Of a stretch of 64,000 bases of DNA, positions 24,700 to 38,520 are shown one piece after another (the stretch's first letter is position 1; every line of letters begins with the position of its first letter). The translations under genes and the position numbers were made by a program. The stretch is taken from contig JAUPSS010000006.1 in the NCBI GenBank assembly GCA_040285825.1, forward strand, positions 496,001-560,000, written 5' to 3'. This stretch comes from Eukaryota sp. TZLM1-RC. Its lineage: Eukaryota > Protista > Metamonada: BaSk clade. The notes below the pieces were generated by a model that ran no database searches, was not told the DNA's origin, and saw only the letters and a list, made by a program, of their open reading frames with translations.

Positions 24700-25110
24700 G
24701 GTCTTCCCGTTCTTCAGAATGTTCGAAATTCTTCTCAATTCTTCGCAGAAATTAGAATTTTGGTAAAAATCAGCCGCAAAACCATTAACCAACCTCTGCC
24801 TTCAAATATTACTGTCAGTTTTTGTTCAAGCTTCTTCACAGATACCTTAAACTCACAAAATTTCGTGGAGGAATCTCTTGAACTGAGTCGGGAAAACATT
24901 GACACCAAATTTTTGGTGCAATTTGATTAATAGCAACATCAAGGTCATACAAATATTTTGAAAATGATGGACTAAGCAAATGAATATCTTCAGGGAAACG
25001 ATTAAGAACTTCAAAAACAAAATTTTTGCCACCACCAACAAAAGCTGCTTGACAACGAATTGAAGATTTGGTAAAGCCAACACCACCAAATTGTGAAGAA
25101 GATTTTAGCT
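24700..25110 (-). mobile_element. CRE-like non-LTR retrotransposon, post-RT (thumb/linker) fragment
   Basis: SQFGGVGFTKSSIRCQAAFVGGGKNFVFE aligns with SP*FGGVGFSKAEYLCKSAIIGGMKNFLFE at ~39180 (LPxxxGGLG motif). Confidence 0.8.
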
Positions 25111-26559
25111 GACAGTATTGAAATATGAAAAGGTTAATTAGTAATAAAAGCAAAGTACAACATTTATTAGTCAGCGCATGTGTTGTATATAACAGTTTGT
25201 AATCATGTTAATCAATGCTTTTAAATGTAAATTGTTTTTTCTTAGTCGTGTTTTATGACTGACCAATACTCATTGTGAAAGGTACTCTTGCAAATTGTTA
25301 TTTTTGTTATGAATATGATACATTTGGCAAAACTACTGGCCAAATGGCAAAATTTCATCCCCATTTATTACATATATCTCGTAGACCTTATGGTTCTAAG
25401 TCACAGTCTTCACTCAATATTGTACGTAGAAATTAGAATGGTGATAGTAGAATGCTGGCGATTTTCAGTAGTCAGAACACGTTATAGATCAAGGTGCCCT
25501 GTAGTGTTAAGTTGGATGATTATGAATTTATATTTTATCCAATATCACTCTATGATTTGTATTTCCATTTATTGTACTTAAATATTGTTGATTGGCTTCA
25601 TATATTGTTATTGTTAACTAGCATTAATAAGTCCTTCAAATGAATTGAATAATATATTGGATGCACTTTTTTCGGCATCGCTGAAACAAAAAATATATAA
25701 ATCATCTCAGCTCATCAGTTAGTATTAAATTCTGATTGGTAGTTTTGCAGATGTTCAAAATATCCTCCAACATAACGCAGACGTTTCGCTGAGAACGTAA
25801 TACTAGATCTTCACTATTTTTATGAAAAATTTAAGGGTTTCTTATTTGATCTCAACAGAATTGATTCATTTATATTTATTTATTTGAAACAAAGAGGCTA
25901 ATGCTGATAGTGGACTTAATAGCTATTGGTGATCTGCGAAGTGAAGATTGGACATAGTACTGTAAATGTAATAAGGTTTATTGAGAACTAGAATAGACTA
26001 CACAAATAAACAAATATAAACTGGATATATGTTAGTCTTTACACTATTCTAGAGTGTAGTTAGACTTATCTATTTATTCTTGTATATTAGCTTAATGGTT
26101 TATTGTTCTGTCATGGAGACTTCTTTAGTGATGGTATTGAAATTCACTATAGCTCATTTACGGTCGTAATAAATTACTCTCTCTGAACATATGTCTAACC
26201 CTAGCCCACAGGCATCAATAATTATTGGCCGTTACTGAATCTGGTTTTACTTTCCTTCACTATTAATTGTTGTATTACATAAAGAAAATAGAATGCTTCT
26301 CCTCCTCCTGCGTTGACGCCTCCTTCTGGAGATACCGTCACGCTTCCCAGTTCAACAGGTTCTTCCTCAGTTGAAACTCCTCAGTTGGGAACAGAACTAC
26401 CCTCTGCCGGAGAGGGAAGTATCACTTTCTCTCAACCTCAGGGTCGGGACACTACGCCGTCTTTGGATGTTCCTGTAGTTCCCATCAATCTCCATGTCCC
26501 CCCTGAGAAGCACCTTCATTCTTTTACTCCCCTCCCCCCTCTTCGAAAAGAATGAGGAA

Positions 26560-26953
26560 CCTATGAAAGATTGGAAAATTCCTTCCAATTAATTAATCAC
26601 AGATCAATTAATGTTAATTTTCGCTATCACAATGTACAAAAGTTTCAAAATCTCCCCACTATTTTTGTCAAATCTCCAGGTGAAGGACATTTATTCTGAA
26701 TCCACTGGACAATTGCGAGAGTTTCGCTGTACCGAAACAAAAAATCGCAACGATTTAACAGTGCGATAAGCAGTGGCGTCAGAGCTTTCAAAATTTCATC
26801 ATTAACTATTTAAAAACAATGTCAGCAGAAGACTATGTATTTTATATTACAAGACCTGCCAAGAACCAAAGAATCCCAGATTTCTCAAAGCCTATGACTC
26901 CAAATAGTGCCAGAAGAATGTTGAAAACTGCTGCCAAACAGGGTAATTGTTGA
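26560..26953 (+). pseudogene. Possible tyrosine recombinase core fragment
   Basis: Translation across a stop and a frameshift: LSNLQVKDI..TETKN..LTV..FIINYLKT..DYVF..KPMTPNSARRMLKTAAKQG. HxxR and Tyr motifs are absent (truncated). Confidence 0.5.
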
Positions 26954-28037
26954 ACAATCTGGAATTCTACTGAATCCGAAAGCAAAAGTAATTGATTTTC
27001 CCCAGCCACTCACTCAATCCTCTGTGAACACTTATTCCGTTGAGAGCTTCAACAGGTATCTCATTGAAAAAGCTTCACTGATAAGGAATGATGAGCAGGA
27101 AACAATTTCATACGAGTAATCATTTTGTCTTTTAAATGACAATATTTTTTGGCGAATGTTTTGACCACCCTTTTGAAATGAGGAAATGGACGACATACTG
27201 ATCAATTTGGGAGCATTGATCTTGGTCAACAGTGTTGGTAGCTATGGTTAGTGTATGGAGTATACATACCAATCAGAGGTTGAGACATGTCTTCGATTGA
27301 TAAGAGGAATTTTCAATCGCAGGCAATTTAAAGAGTTTGAAAATTCATTCAAATTGGACTAGGACAAATTTTAACTTGATTTTCTTTTGCCTGCAGAATG
27401 ACCATTCACGTAGAAACATGTCAAGACAAAGGTTATAGGTACTCACACCTGACCTTTGGCATTTTTTATGGCTGAATTGACATTCAGATAATCTCTGATT
27501 GTAATGCCAGTTCAGTCATGGTTGAAGGTGGTTTGTCCTTTTCCACACTAACTTTAGCTCCCAAGGAGGTCCACAATTACCATGCCTGTGTCAATGGGCC
27601 ACATTTATCCAATACAAAGATTATATTGGCCATATGGAACCCTAAAGTACAAAAGCCATTCCTGAAGGAATATCAAGATATTGTATCAAAGATCCCTGGT
27701 CAATCACCAATTGTATGTTTTTTTCGATTGACTAACACACAGTTACGCTTGTCCAACTTCTCAGTAAACATATTATCTAATACAGATAATACATATTATA
27801 TAGTTCTACTATATAATGAAATTCTCAATAAGATTTCTAAAACAAAATCTTTATTCTTTTTACAGGAGATTGTACAGACACAGAAGAGGAACGTTGTTTC
27901 CTTGTCTCTGTCTCTTATAAGATTAAGTTAGATTAAGATTTCTGATGGTCAGACTCAGGTCTTTAACAGAGGAACGGGTCGTTTTAGGAATATACGCGAA
28001 TACGTGTATTCTCATCCACTTCAGTTTTCACTCTCTC

Positions 28038-28250
28038 ATGGTACTTCCCTCTCTAAAGGACATTGAAAAGGAATCACAGTTTTGTTGTTCAATTTGTTAC
28101 AGGACATTGTTGAATAATAACATAACACTTCTGTCATGTGGCCATATCTTTGATCTATTATGTATGGAAAGATATCAATCTTCAGATGGATGATCTTTGC
28201 TTGGATGGATGAAGGCTTGGATTGATGTTTCAGATGTTTCTGAGACCAAG
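28038..28250 (+). pseudogene. RING finger protein fragment
   Basis: CSICYRTLLNNNITLLSCGHIFDLLC; the last Cys pair is degenerate or frameshifted. Confidence 0.65.
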
Positions 28251-28608
28251 TAGAGTACTGCATTTACGAAAAGAAGTTTATCAAAGTGATATCGATAGAA
28301 GTATTCGGATTTTCGTATCTTCATTCATTACAACTCAAAGGATTTCACTACGTAGATATTTACACAAAGTTACCCATCAATATTCAGCCAAAACCTGTCA
28401 AAATTAACTGCGATTCAAACAATGTTGCTGTCATACACGAGCATTATGATTCTGTTCTGGCCAGAACCCTTCAGCAACGTTACAAGTGCCTTCAAGCTGC
28501 CGAAAAACTCTCTAGATATCATTTTAAAACAATATCAATTACTTTCAATGATTTTCATTTCAATCAATTACATCAACAGTATTAGAACCATCTGTAAAGT
28601 GCATTATT

Positions 28609-30030
28609 TCAATATTAATTCTTGTAGTAAATGATGAAAATAATAATGAATTAATTTTGTTGAGGTAAAAAAAGAAACCCTCAAATCAATTCATAAATGA
28701 AATTGTTGTAAGTATTAAACCTACAAATATCCAAAAACATGTAGACTATACAGAGACACGTAATCAGATCTTTCTTGACCGTAATCAACTTCAAACAGTT
28801 AAAAAGTGAATGATTGATGATAACTCAGTCGTTTATGTATTTATGACTAGAGACTCAAAATAATGAGAATTACTCTCAATATTTGGTAGAGACACTATAT
28901 TAGACCCAAAATTACACATTAAATTGTAAGTATTTCTAACATTCATTATATAAGTTGACAGAAAGTGAAAACTGATTATCAATCAACGAAATCAATAAAA
29001 CTGTCATAGAAAATACCATTCATATTCAACATAGTTTCATTCAATTCAAGGTGACCGTCAGATAAATCACGGACAAGAACAATTTCGAATTCAATAGTAG
29101 AACCAAAGGCAAAAATATATTGGGATGGACAAGCAACAACTAGATAAGCAAAATCAACATTAGATTAAAGAAAGGTAAGATGAGGTTCATCACTAGCACA
29201 TTCACTTATAACTTTACCTTTAAAATAAACTCGACCTAAAATTTTGAATATTTGTGAAGACCAAGGTTGAGTCATCAACATTGATCAATGGCAAATATTA
29301 GATTCATGATGGAAATGTGGGTTGCTTAATGATTGAATTTAACAGTGAATTCCAAAATAAACTATGAAATAAATTAAAGCAAAACGACCACTATGCAAAA
29401 AAAACAAAATAAGTTTAGAAAAATCAGCAAAAAAAATGAGAGACGACATGAAATTTGACCTAATGACCTATAAACCCAATTAAATTAAGAAAAAAAATTC
29501 ATTAAAAATCATTGAATTTGACTAAATAGCATGGTTCCAGGTTCGAGTCCCGTGAAATCCCAAAAAATTGACCAACCTTCCATATGTTGATTCATTCGCA
29601 TGTAGTGATAAACTTTCATGAAACAACAGCTAGGGATGCAAAATACAAGATTCCATGTACACTAACTGAAAGGAAAGTGGAGAATGTGGAGTCGGAGAGG
29701 AGTTAGTGGAGTGAGAGAAAGGATAATATTTGAGATCACAAAGCATGGGGAGACTTGAGGTAATGACAATAGTTCAATAGGAAAATGAGATGGCAGAAGT
29801 TTTCACAGCATCATTCACAGAGGAGGATGGTGTAGAACAACCAACACCATTAGAAGAACAAGGTGATGTAAGGATAGCAGATAAAGTCCAAGAACTAAAC
29901 CAAGAATGAAGAGAGTTGGATTGGCAAGGTTTCAGAGGATGTCTTGAAAGGATATCTGTAATGTTTACAGTTATACTGTTTCAAACAGCATTTTCCGATC
30001 AATCGGATTGACGAAAGGAATTGAATTTCT
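28609..30030. repeat. Family A copy 4
   Basis: Hairpin, core block, B-box at 29540, CCGATCAATCGG at 29995; right part matches copy 1. Confidence 0.9.
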
Positions 30031-32236
30031 TCCAATAGAGCATATAAACCATTTAAAATTATTCATTTGATAATACGAATTCAATTTTAAACTTCATTTT
30101 CTGATGAAAAGTTTGTGATGTGGTGTATGCAAATCCAGTTTCCCTCATTGATTCATTGCTTATAATGCTATTTGTCAGTGATTAGTGGACTTAAAAACCA
30201 ATGACAATTAGAATTGACATCATGTCAAATCACAGTGATATTGTTGTGAATGTGTTATATGGTACAATATAATTATTAGTTAATTTGAAAATGTTTTGAC
30301 AACATCTTATTTAGAAATATAAATTTAATTTATTCGCAAAATAATTCATCAATTAGAAACATACACTTACCCAATTGCTTCAATTGTCGTTGTGTTTTGA
30401 AAAACATGCGAGTAAGGAACAGAAAAGATCCATACAAATGTACTACTTCCTTTGACTGTCAATAGCCACAGAATGTATCAATTCGGATGATATACTCATA
30501 AATGTAACAACAGGAACCTTAAATGTTTGTGTATTCGACAGTTCGATAGATCATCAATTGAAATTGTTTAGGCATCCTAGTACAATATCTACGTTAACTG
30601 TTCTATATCAAAATCTTTCAAGCTATGACAATTGCACACTTTGAATTCCTAAAAAAAAGAAATAAAGCAGAAAATGGTATTGAGTCTATAAGGGCTGAAC
30701 CTCAAATCCGTTGTTTGGATTGCCCTAATATAAATAATGGCAAATGCACAAGAATCAAGAAGGGGTACAAGATAAGATTGATGTCGTTGATTTATATTAT
30801 AACATGAATGTATAATGTTTCCATACTTTTTTTGTTATATAAAACTATTTTCTTTTTTTAAAAAATATTTGGTTTGAACATTATGAACTGAATGTCACTG
30901 AAAATAATCTCATTTTATTTATTCACAAATATTACAATTTGTTTGCTTGTCGGGAAAAGTTTTTGTAATTTACGATAATTACATTAATTTCAATGAGAAG
31001 CTAGAGAATTTTCAAAATATTATGAAATTATTGTCACCGATGTTAATCCTGTTTAATATTTAGTAACATTAATCCAAAAATCTTTATTAACAAAAACAAT
31101 GTTTATTACATATGTGTATTATCTTCGTGTACAGCTCCTCTTTTACTAGGTTTGGGGCGTTGACCTGAAGCAGAATTTCGTTGTCTGGGGATGTGAGGTG
31201 GGGAGGGTACGACCGGTGGAGTAGGCGTATGTTTAAAAAATTAAAATTTAAAAAAACATTGGTGATTAAATTTAGTAATAACCATAACATAAAAACTAAT
31301 TATTCAATGAAAGGACAATTTCACCAAACACATGAAGATGGGGTAGTTATAATAGACTAAACTTAGAATCAAAAAACAACAACGCCAACACTGCTTCAAT
31401 TTCAATTTCAATTTCAGTTTCAATTTCAAATTGCTAATTTCCACAACGGTATCGAATGCCTATCCAATGTATCTCTATTAGTGGTCATCAGCATCAGCTT
31501 GATTTACCCTCTGGCTGTAGACCCATCCACGACGCTTAAATAAAGAGTTTATATGTTTCTAATTTGTTGCCTAAGGTCTAATAATAAAGAAATAAAGTCT
31601 GTAATAAAGAAAAGTCTGATTTATTTTCTATTCATATGGTATAAGCCTTAAAGCGCCAACACTGCTTCTCTTCTTTTTCAAAATACAAATAAATCAGCTT
31701 ATTTGAATATGAAAAAAAAAACATTCAACAAATCACTAAATAACTATACAAACTGTGAATTGTTTAAATTGTGTCTCCTATATCTGAACAAAAAATAAAA
31801 GATTTTATAGATTTACATGGTATATATTAGTTTAGGATATTTGGGTCAATAAACAATGTTTATAATAATCTTTATTAATGAAAAGAATGTATTCACAGTA
31901 TATAAAATAAATCAATATTAAAGAAAACATAAACACTATTTATAAAAATACAAAACGTCTTTTCCTCAGGTGAATCTTCGGGAAAAAGGAATTGATCCAT
32001 TTTACCATTATCATCCTTCGACACATTCAATGAAATTACTTCGTTCCAATATTGCTTGACGGATCATAACGTCAAGTTATTTTTCCATCAGTTAGGGTTA
32101 CCATTATAATTATTAGGGTTATTACCATTTTTGGTAAATTGTTGTTTTAACCAAAAAAAATTGATACATTGTGTGGTTACTGCCAGTTATTTGTGATATA
32201 AATAAAAATGTCACCATTGAAGAGTTTTTCCGAGGA

Positions 32237-32395
32237 CCAATGGACGCAGAGTGGACATCCACTCAAGATTAACACGGTCAAGACGCCGCAAATTTCTCAA
32301 CCGTTTGTTCTCAATCATTTTCTCATATCAGCAGCCTATTTACCCTCCCTCGCCTCCTCGTCCCGGTCTTGCCAAAGAAGAGGACTGGTCTGATG
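32237..32395 (+). repeat. Dispersed duplication with 33542-33700
   Basis: ATGGACGCAGAGTGGACATCCACTCA..TTTTCTCATAT.AGCAGCCT..GACTGGTC occurs in both. Confidence 0.8.
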
Positions 32396-33780
32396 CTGAA
32401 CGTTCTTGTTCCGAGTTATCATCTTCTCAATCAGTTGGAGAGACATATGGAGGTGCCACTGTTTGCTCTGTTCGCAATCGTCATAGATGCCAAACCTGTA
32501 AGAACCAACGGGACCGCTTGAATCATCTTTTAAATCATAAAGACGACGAATATTTGGATCTTAACGATCCTAACCCACCAACCAAGGTAGACTCAGTTTT
32601 GTTTGTTTCAATTTGTTTTGAAACAATAAAAAAACTTACTCAATTACATACATCAATGATCAAAAAACAAGTAAGAGCAATTTCTTTTTAATATGAGTAG
32701 AGCTGATTCAATTACACATTAAAACATGGCTTTCCCTTTTGACAGATTGGAATATTTTGATTACCGATTGTCATCCAAACAGCCGTTGAATATCTTGATT
32801 TTGGGTATTTCATGCACCAAATTATTGATTCCACCTCCGACCATTGATCCCATCCGCCCCATCCACCTAGCTCTATGCCTGACTCCGGTCAGTTAGCTTC
32901 ACGCAATCGTCAATTTATGACTGACTCCGGTCAGTCAAATTCGCTGTCACAAGACCCCTCCTGCTCTGACTCCTACGAATCCTCCTCTGAATCTGACGTC
33001 TCATCGTCCACTTCCCATCAACTCGCCCCTTCAAAGCCCCACAAAACCGAAACAATAAATCAAAGGCAACAACGAATCAGGAATGAACGTTACAAGAGAA
33101 AACTCATAAAATTACACAATGTAAGGCGTGAACTATATGATGACGGATTCATTTTTTCCTGGTCGGTTGTACCGAAACAGAAAGAAGGAGAACCATGTAA
33201 CAAAACCACTGGTTATTGTCAGCGTCCATTTGTCAACATTTCTCCTCACGAGATCAATGAAATTCATGAAAGTTTACAAGAATTAAACCCCCACATTCAA
33301 CCATTTAAGGCTACCGCCAAATCGGCTAGTGACCAGAAGCACCACTGATTCGATGTATATCATTGAAGAAGTCAAAGACTCGTTAGGTGTATGTCGGACC
33401 CGACACATCAACTTATCATAGTATCTTTCACGTGAAGTCCATGTATACGGCAAGTATACTCTTCAAGAGCTATTAGATGTTGTCACTTCTGCTGTTGCTG
33501 TTCCCGGTATTGTCGCTGTGTTAGACACTTCTGACGAACCTATGGACGCAGAGTGGACATCCACTCAGGATCAGCATGTTCATGATGCTGCCAACATGTC
33601 AACAGTTTGTGTTTCTCACGCTTTTTCTCATATTAGCAGCCTGTTTGCCCTCCCTCTCCTCATCGACCCGGACTCTCTCCAGTAGCTGACTGGTCAGACG
33701 CTACAACAAGAAGAAGAAGATCAGGAAATCAAGAAGCAACCGCTGACTTGGCAACAAGCGAATGAAAGCTTTTAAAGCCA

Positions 33781-34188
33781 CTCCGCATATGCAATAAATG
33801 TCGCAAACCTGGACATAATATTTCAGCTTGTCCCCTTATTCAGAAGGAAAAACTTAATGCTCGTGCAGCTACTGATTTGAATTTTTCATTTTCACATAGT
33901 CCTGAAAACGAATTTCTACTTGAGATTCCTGATAATATATCTCACAACGGTGATCAGAAAGATGACAAAAGATGTGTTTTTTGTCAAAAACCTGTTGCTG
34001 TTAATGATTCTGGTCGCCCTTTACTTTTCTGTGATTCTTGTGTTGCTGCCGATCAGTTACGTTGTCCCATTCGAGCTCCTGCTCAGCTTAGTCCGTTGGC
34101 TTCAGCCCTGACCACGGCCAATTTTTCACAGGATAAACCTCATGTCACAAGCCCAGAGTTAGAAGCGCTCCTCGCCACTCAATATTAA
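33781..34188 (+). pseudogene. Family D: CCHC knuckle + CxxC-x15/16-CxxC zinc ribbon protein fragment
   Basis: CNKCRKPGHNISAC is in frame with CVFCQKPVAVNDSGRPLLFCDSC. Confidence 0.7.
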
Positions 34189-35500
34189 TTCTTGTAGTAA
34201 ATGAAGAAAATAAAAATGAATTAATTTTGTTGAGGTAAAAAAAGAAACCCTCAAATTAATTCATAAATGAAATGGTTGTAAGTATTAAACCTACAAAGAT
34301 CCAAAAACATGTAGACTATACAGACACACGTAATCAGATCTTTCTTGACCGTTATCAACTTCAAACAGTTAAAAACTGAATCATTGATGATTAATCAGTC
34401 GTTTATGTATTTATTATTAGAGACTCAAAATAAAGAGAATTACTCTCAATGTTTGATAGAGACTCTAAATTTAAAAAATTCAAAGTAGTTTTGGTTAATT
34501 CAAGGTAATCATCCAAGTTGAACCACCAACAACAACAGTTTCGAAATCAGTAGTAGAATAAGTAGCATCAATAGATTGAGATTGACAACCAACAACAAGT
34601 ACAGGATCAACATTAGATTTAACAAGGGTAATGAGAGGAAAATTATTAGTGCATCCACTAATAACTTTACCTTCAGCATCAACTAGACCTAAAGTTTTAA
34701 TATTGGTGAAATCCACAATTGAGTCATCTACATTGATAAATAAACCATAACAAGATTCAGAAACACATCATTAATCATAATCCAATTAATTTTGATTAAT
34801 GTAAAATGGTCATGAGTAGCAAACCCACATAGTTTAATTCAATGGTTTAATCAGTAGCAAAAGATTAAGTTGAACAACCAACAACAACTAAATGATCAAA
34901 CTCAACAATGGATTTAACAAGGGTAATAAGAGGTAAATAGCATCCATCAATAACATTACCATTAAAATCAACTGAAACTAAAGTTTAGACATTGGACATT
35001 GGTCAAATTCCAGGTTCATCAAAATTGGACAAGACTGAGGTCCTGGGTTCGACTCTCACCAACTCCAAAAAAATCAAAAGAGTCACGAGTTCGAGTCCCA
35101 ATGAAGGAAAAAACACAGGAAATGATAAAGCACAAATGTTGCTAAAGATTGAACGAAAAGATGATGGAGTTGAGAATGACAGAAAACGTGGATCTACTGA
35201 GATACTGAGTGGCTTGGTGAGGGTTGCTCTGAACAACAAGTAAGAACAAGAAAAACTAAAGAAAGAGCTAAGAAATAAACGATCGTAAGCAAAAACAACG
35301 ACATCAACGCTGTGGTAGACATCAAAAGCAAGAACGATGAGTATCGATGGGGTGCTGACGCCGGAAGAAGAAAGCGTCATGCATTCTCGGAATACGAGGG
35401 GAAGGCCTAAGCATGCCCGACTCCAGGGGACTCGGTACAATAAAACAAAAGGGATTGGAGATGGAAATAGTGTGTTTTTCATTTCAATAAATGGAACTTT
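34180..35500. repeat. Family A copy 5
   Basis: Hairpin at 34216-34264, two internal repeat modules, B-boxes at 35045 and ~35087. Confidence 0.9.
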
Positions 35501-35957
35501 CAACTAACATTATCTAATGACTCAAGTCAAATCATATCAAGCCAAGTCAACTTGTGAATAACGACTTAACATGTTTCGTGTTTGGATCAGAAGTCACCTT
35601 GTCAATAAGTTTTGAAACGGGGTGATGAGACATGAGGAGGATTCAATGCCGATCAGTTAGAGATGGATTAAGGAATATTTAAGATTTCTTGTACTACCAA
35701 ACTTAGAATGTACACAATTAGTGCAATAAATGGTCCATTAACATTTCAATGGTCAACGTGAGTCAGATTTAGGTCGGCTGATCCCACTGAAGACTAACTT
35801 TTCATTCATCCACACTAACGTCTCACATTGTTTGTTTGAATGTACTGCCTCGCACCATTTGTGTTAGTGAAACTACTCTGAACAAAACTTTGTTCAGATT
35901 TGTTATAATAATTTATGTCGTTCAAGTGGTAAGAATTTTACTGGGTATTTATGGAAG

Positions 35958-36531
35958 AATATCATTTTGCATAACTTCAAAAAAAAACTATGGAACTGTA
36001 AAACCCCTTAATTATGTGTGTATTGTATAAGCTTTTGCAAGTATAAAATGGTATATAAGAGTTTGTAATATTTGATAGAGAATTTGAAATTTTATTTTAA
36101 AATCTCACATTTTTCAAAAAGTCATACAACTCTTTCATAAATCTTTGTTAATTTCTACAAACAAATTCTATGTTTTGCTTACAACAGTTTTAATTTAATG
36201 ATGTCAATATTACGTAATGTGTTGTTTTGGTTATCTCATTTTACTAATTTCTTCAACTTTCATGTCGGAAAATAATGTTGGAACAATGAATGTGTTCGAA
36301 TCACTGTGGTCTTGAATATGTATAGTACCATAAGCTAAAAAACAATGCTGATAGTGTTTAAACTGTCTGAATGTGAGTGTAATGTGTAGATTTTCATTAT
36401 CATTGACCATAATCCCTATCATTTTGCATAACTTCAAAATAAACTATGGAACTGAAAAACCTCTAAATTATGTGTGTATTGTATAAAATTATGCGAGTAT
36501 AAAATGGTATAAAAGAGTTTGTAATATTTGA
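35958..36531 (+). repeat. Satellite family B, ~1.25 units
   Basis: ATCATTTTGCATAAC at 35961 and 36418. Confidence 0.92.
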
Positions 36532-37379
36532 AATAAGTGTGTTTTTCATTTCAATAAATGGAAACATAAGCTAGGTGTAACTCTTTTTGATCATTTTCAC
36601 TGATTTTTTACGGAATCCAGTAATAAAAAGATAGTTGAAATCTTTGAAGAGATTTGTTTTTTTGTTATTGTTGGTTCTCATTATCGTCAAAAAGCGTGAT
36701 TTTCCAGAGGATGAAAATGAGGATCAATAGTTTTGTCTTGTTTTGGTTCAAAATTTTTTTGAATCGAATATTTGTTTTTACTATTGAAAATTGGACCTGT
36801 TTTTCATTTAGTTGTCCTTGTTGTTCTTTAATTGTAGAAGGAAAAATAAATAATTACCATAGTATACTTTTTTGGTCGGCAAGTTTATAAGTATCATAGT
36901 TCCAAGGCTGATATTCCCGTAATGTTAGTCATTTGGAACCCAGGTATCCAAAAATTGGTAGCGAATGACTATGAAAGCACAGACAGTATTCGCCCAATTG
37001 TATGTTTAACCCAACCTGCTTATCCCAGACACGTATACGATATTTCAGATGCCGTCAAAAGAGTATGATACACCGAATGGCAACAAACAACGGAGACCAT
37101 ATCGTAAACACACGTATGTTTTTGTTGATCATTCCGCCAACAGATCTTTTAACCCTGTTGTCAGGTATTTTTAATCTTGTTGAAGAAGAAAGACCACACA
37201 AATCTTTCACTTTCCAATTTATAGATTTAACACAGTTAAAAATTCAGTCGCCATTTTATGTTCGAAAACATATTTTTATTGGGGTGGTGTTACATATGTG
37301 GAGAGACGAACACTATATATTTTTAGGTAACGACTTATCCAACAAACCACTTTGCATAACATTGTACAAGAAGTATGAA

Positions 37380-37632
37380 CTAAAAAGACCTACTTGTGTT
37401 AAATTTAAATTTAAAGAATGATTCAACATCATGGCTGTTAATTGTGAATATATATTTTAATTTAAAATTTGATATTTCATCAGTTCTATTATTAAATTTA
37501 CGTAACCTGGCAACGCTAACAGGATATTCTAAATTACAATCTAATAGTATTTTTATTGTTGAGTTACCTCTGGATTTTGAATTAATCTCAATGATATTAA
37601 TATCATTGTTTGTGGGATATGATATTCCATCT
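37380..37632 (-). pseudogene. Diverged fragment of the virus-like ORF at 59283..59843
   Basis: DGISYPTNNDINIIEINSKSRGNSTIKILL matches DGISYSTNNDINIIETNSKSRGNLTIKILL. Confidence 0.85.
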
Positions 37633-37644
37633 CAATTATCAGCG

Positions 37645-37812
37645 CAAACATTCAAAAACAAAAAAAATAAAAAACAAAAAAAATAAAAACACATAAAAAA
37701 AATTTCCACACCAACTTTTGATGAATCTTTGTACAGCTTGGACATCATTAAATTTAAATAATTGGGAACACTTCTATACAAAGCAAAAATGATACGATTC
37801 TTCCATAAATAC
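37645..37812 (-). mobile_element. 3' end of the CRE-like element family seen at 38984-40350
   Basis: LWKNRIIFALYRSVPNYLNLMMSKLYKDSS followed by the T-rich 3' UTR. Confidence 0.85.
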
Positions 37813-38085
37813 ACACATGCAGGCATTTACTTCCACTCTTACACACTGGAAAAAGGAGAGACCTGAGGAAGATGCTCCAATTGTATTGGCTCATAAGCGT
37901 GATATAAATGTTCCACAACCAACAAGCATTGTACCGGTTGTGACCGAGATTGAACGGGACCATATGAGTAGGGAGAGGGATGAGATGGAAGATGTCGACT
38001 ACGGAGAGTAGGTCGCCTAGAGTAGCGTAAGGGAGAATGTGGTTTAGAAAAATTGTAAGACCATTAAACTAAAACTTTATTAAAA

Positions 38086-38520
38086 CTATTCTTGAATTGC
38101 AGAATTAAAAAAACTATCAACTTTCTGCATGTACTCATAATATTGATCCAATGTTGAGAAGGATTTTACAATAGTCTGGGTATTGTCCATAAGAAGACCT
38201 ATTGTTTCGATAAAGTCATCTTCTTCTTCTGCACCAGGTTTATCAGTTGTTGCTTGTTCGTCGGAATCAGAATTAGGGGGTGAAAGAGGATAAGCTATGT
38301 CGGGAGACTGTGAAGGAATCAAAAGGTCGAAAGATGAATACAACGATTCTGACCAGAGTGAGTGTGGATCCAACTCGTATGGTTGTTCATAATGATGTGA
38401 TGACACAGCTCGGTGGTTTATTTCTAAAGGGAATGCCAGTTTTCTAAAGACCAAAGGGCAGGCGATCTTCGTTTGGTCAGCTAGGGCTACCTTAAGGAAG
38501 TTGGGACTAGCTTGTATCCC
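38086..38520 (-). pseudogene. Family C copy 2, fused in frame to a short Gypsy protease piece
   Basis: FIETIGLLMDNTQTIVKSFSTLDQYYEYMQKVDSFF. Upstream LKVALADQTKIACPLVFRKLAFPL resembles LEVGLADKTKLSCPLASGKLAFAL at ~13750. Confidence 0.7.
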
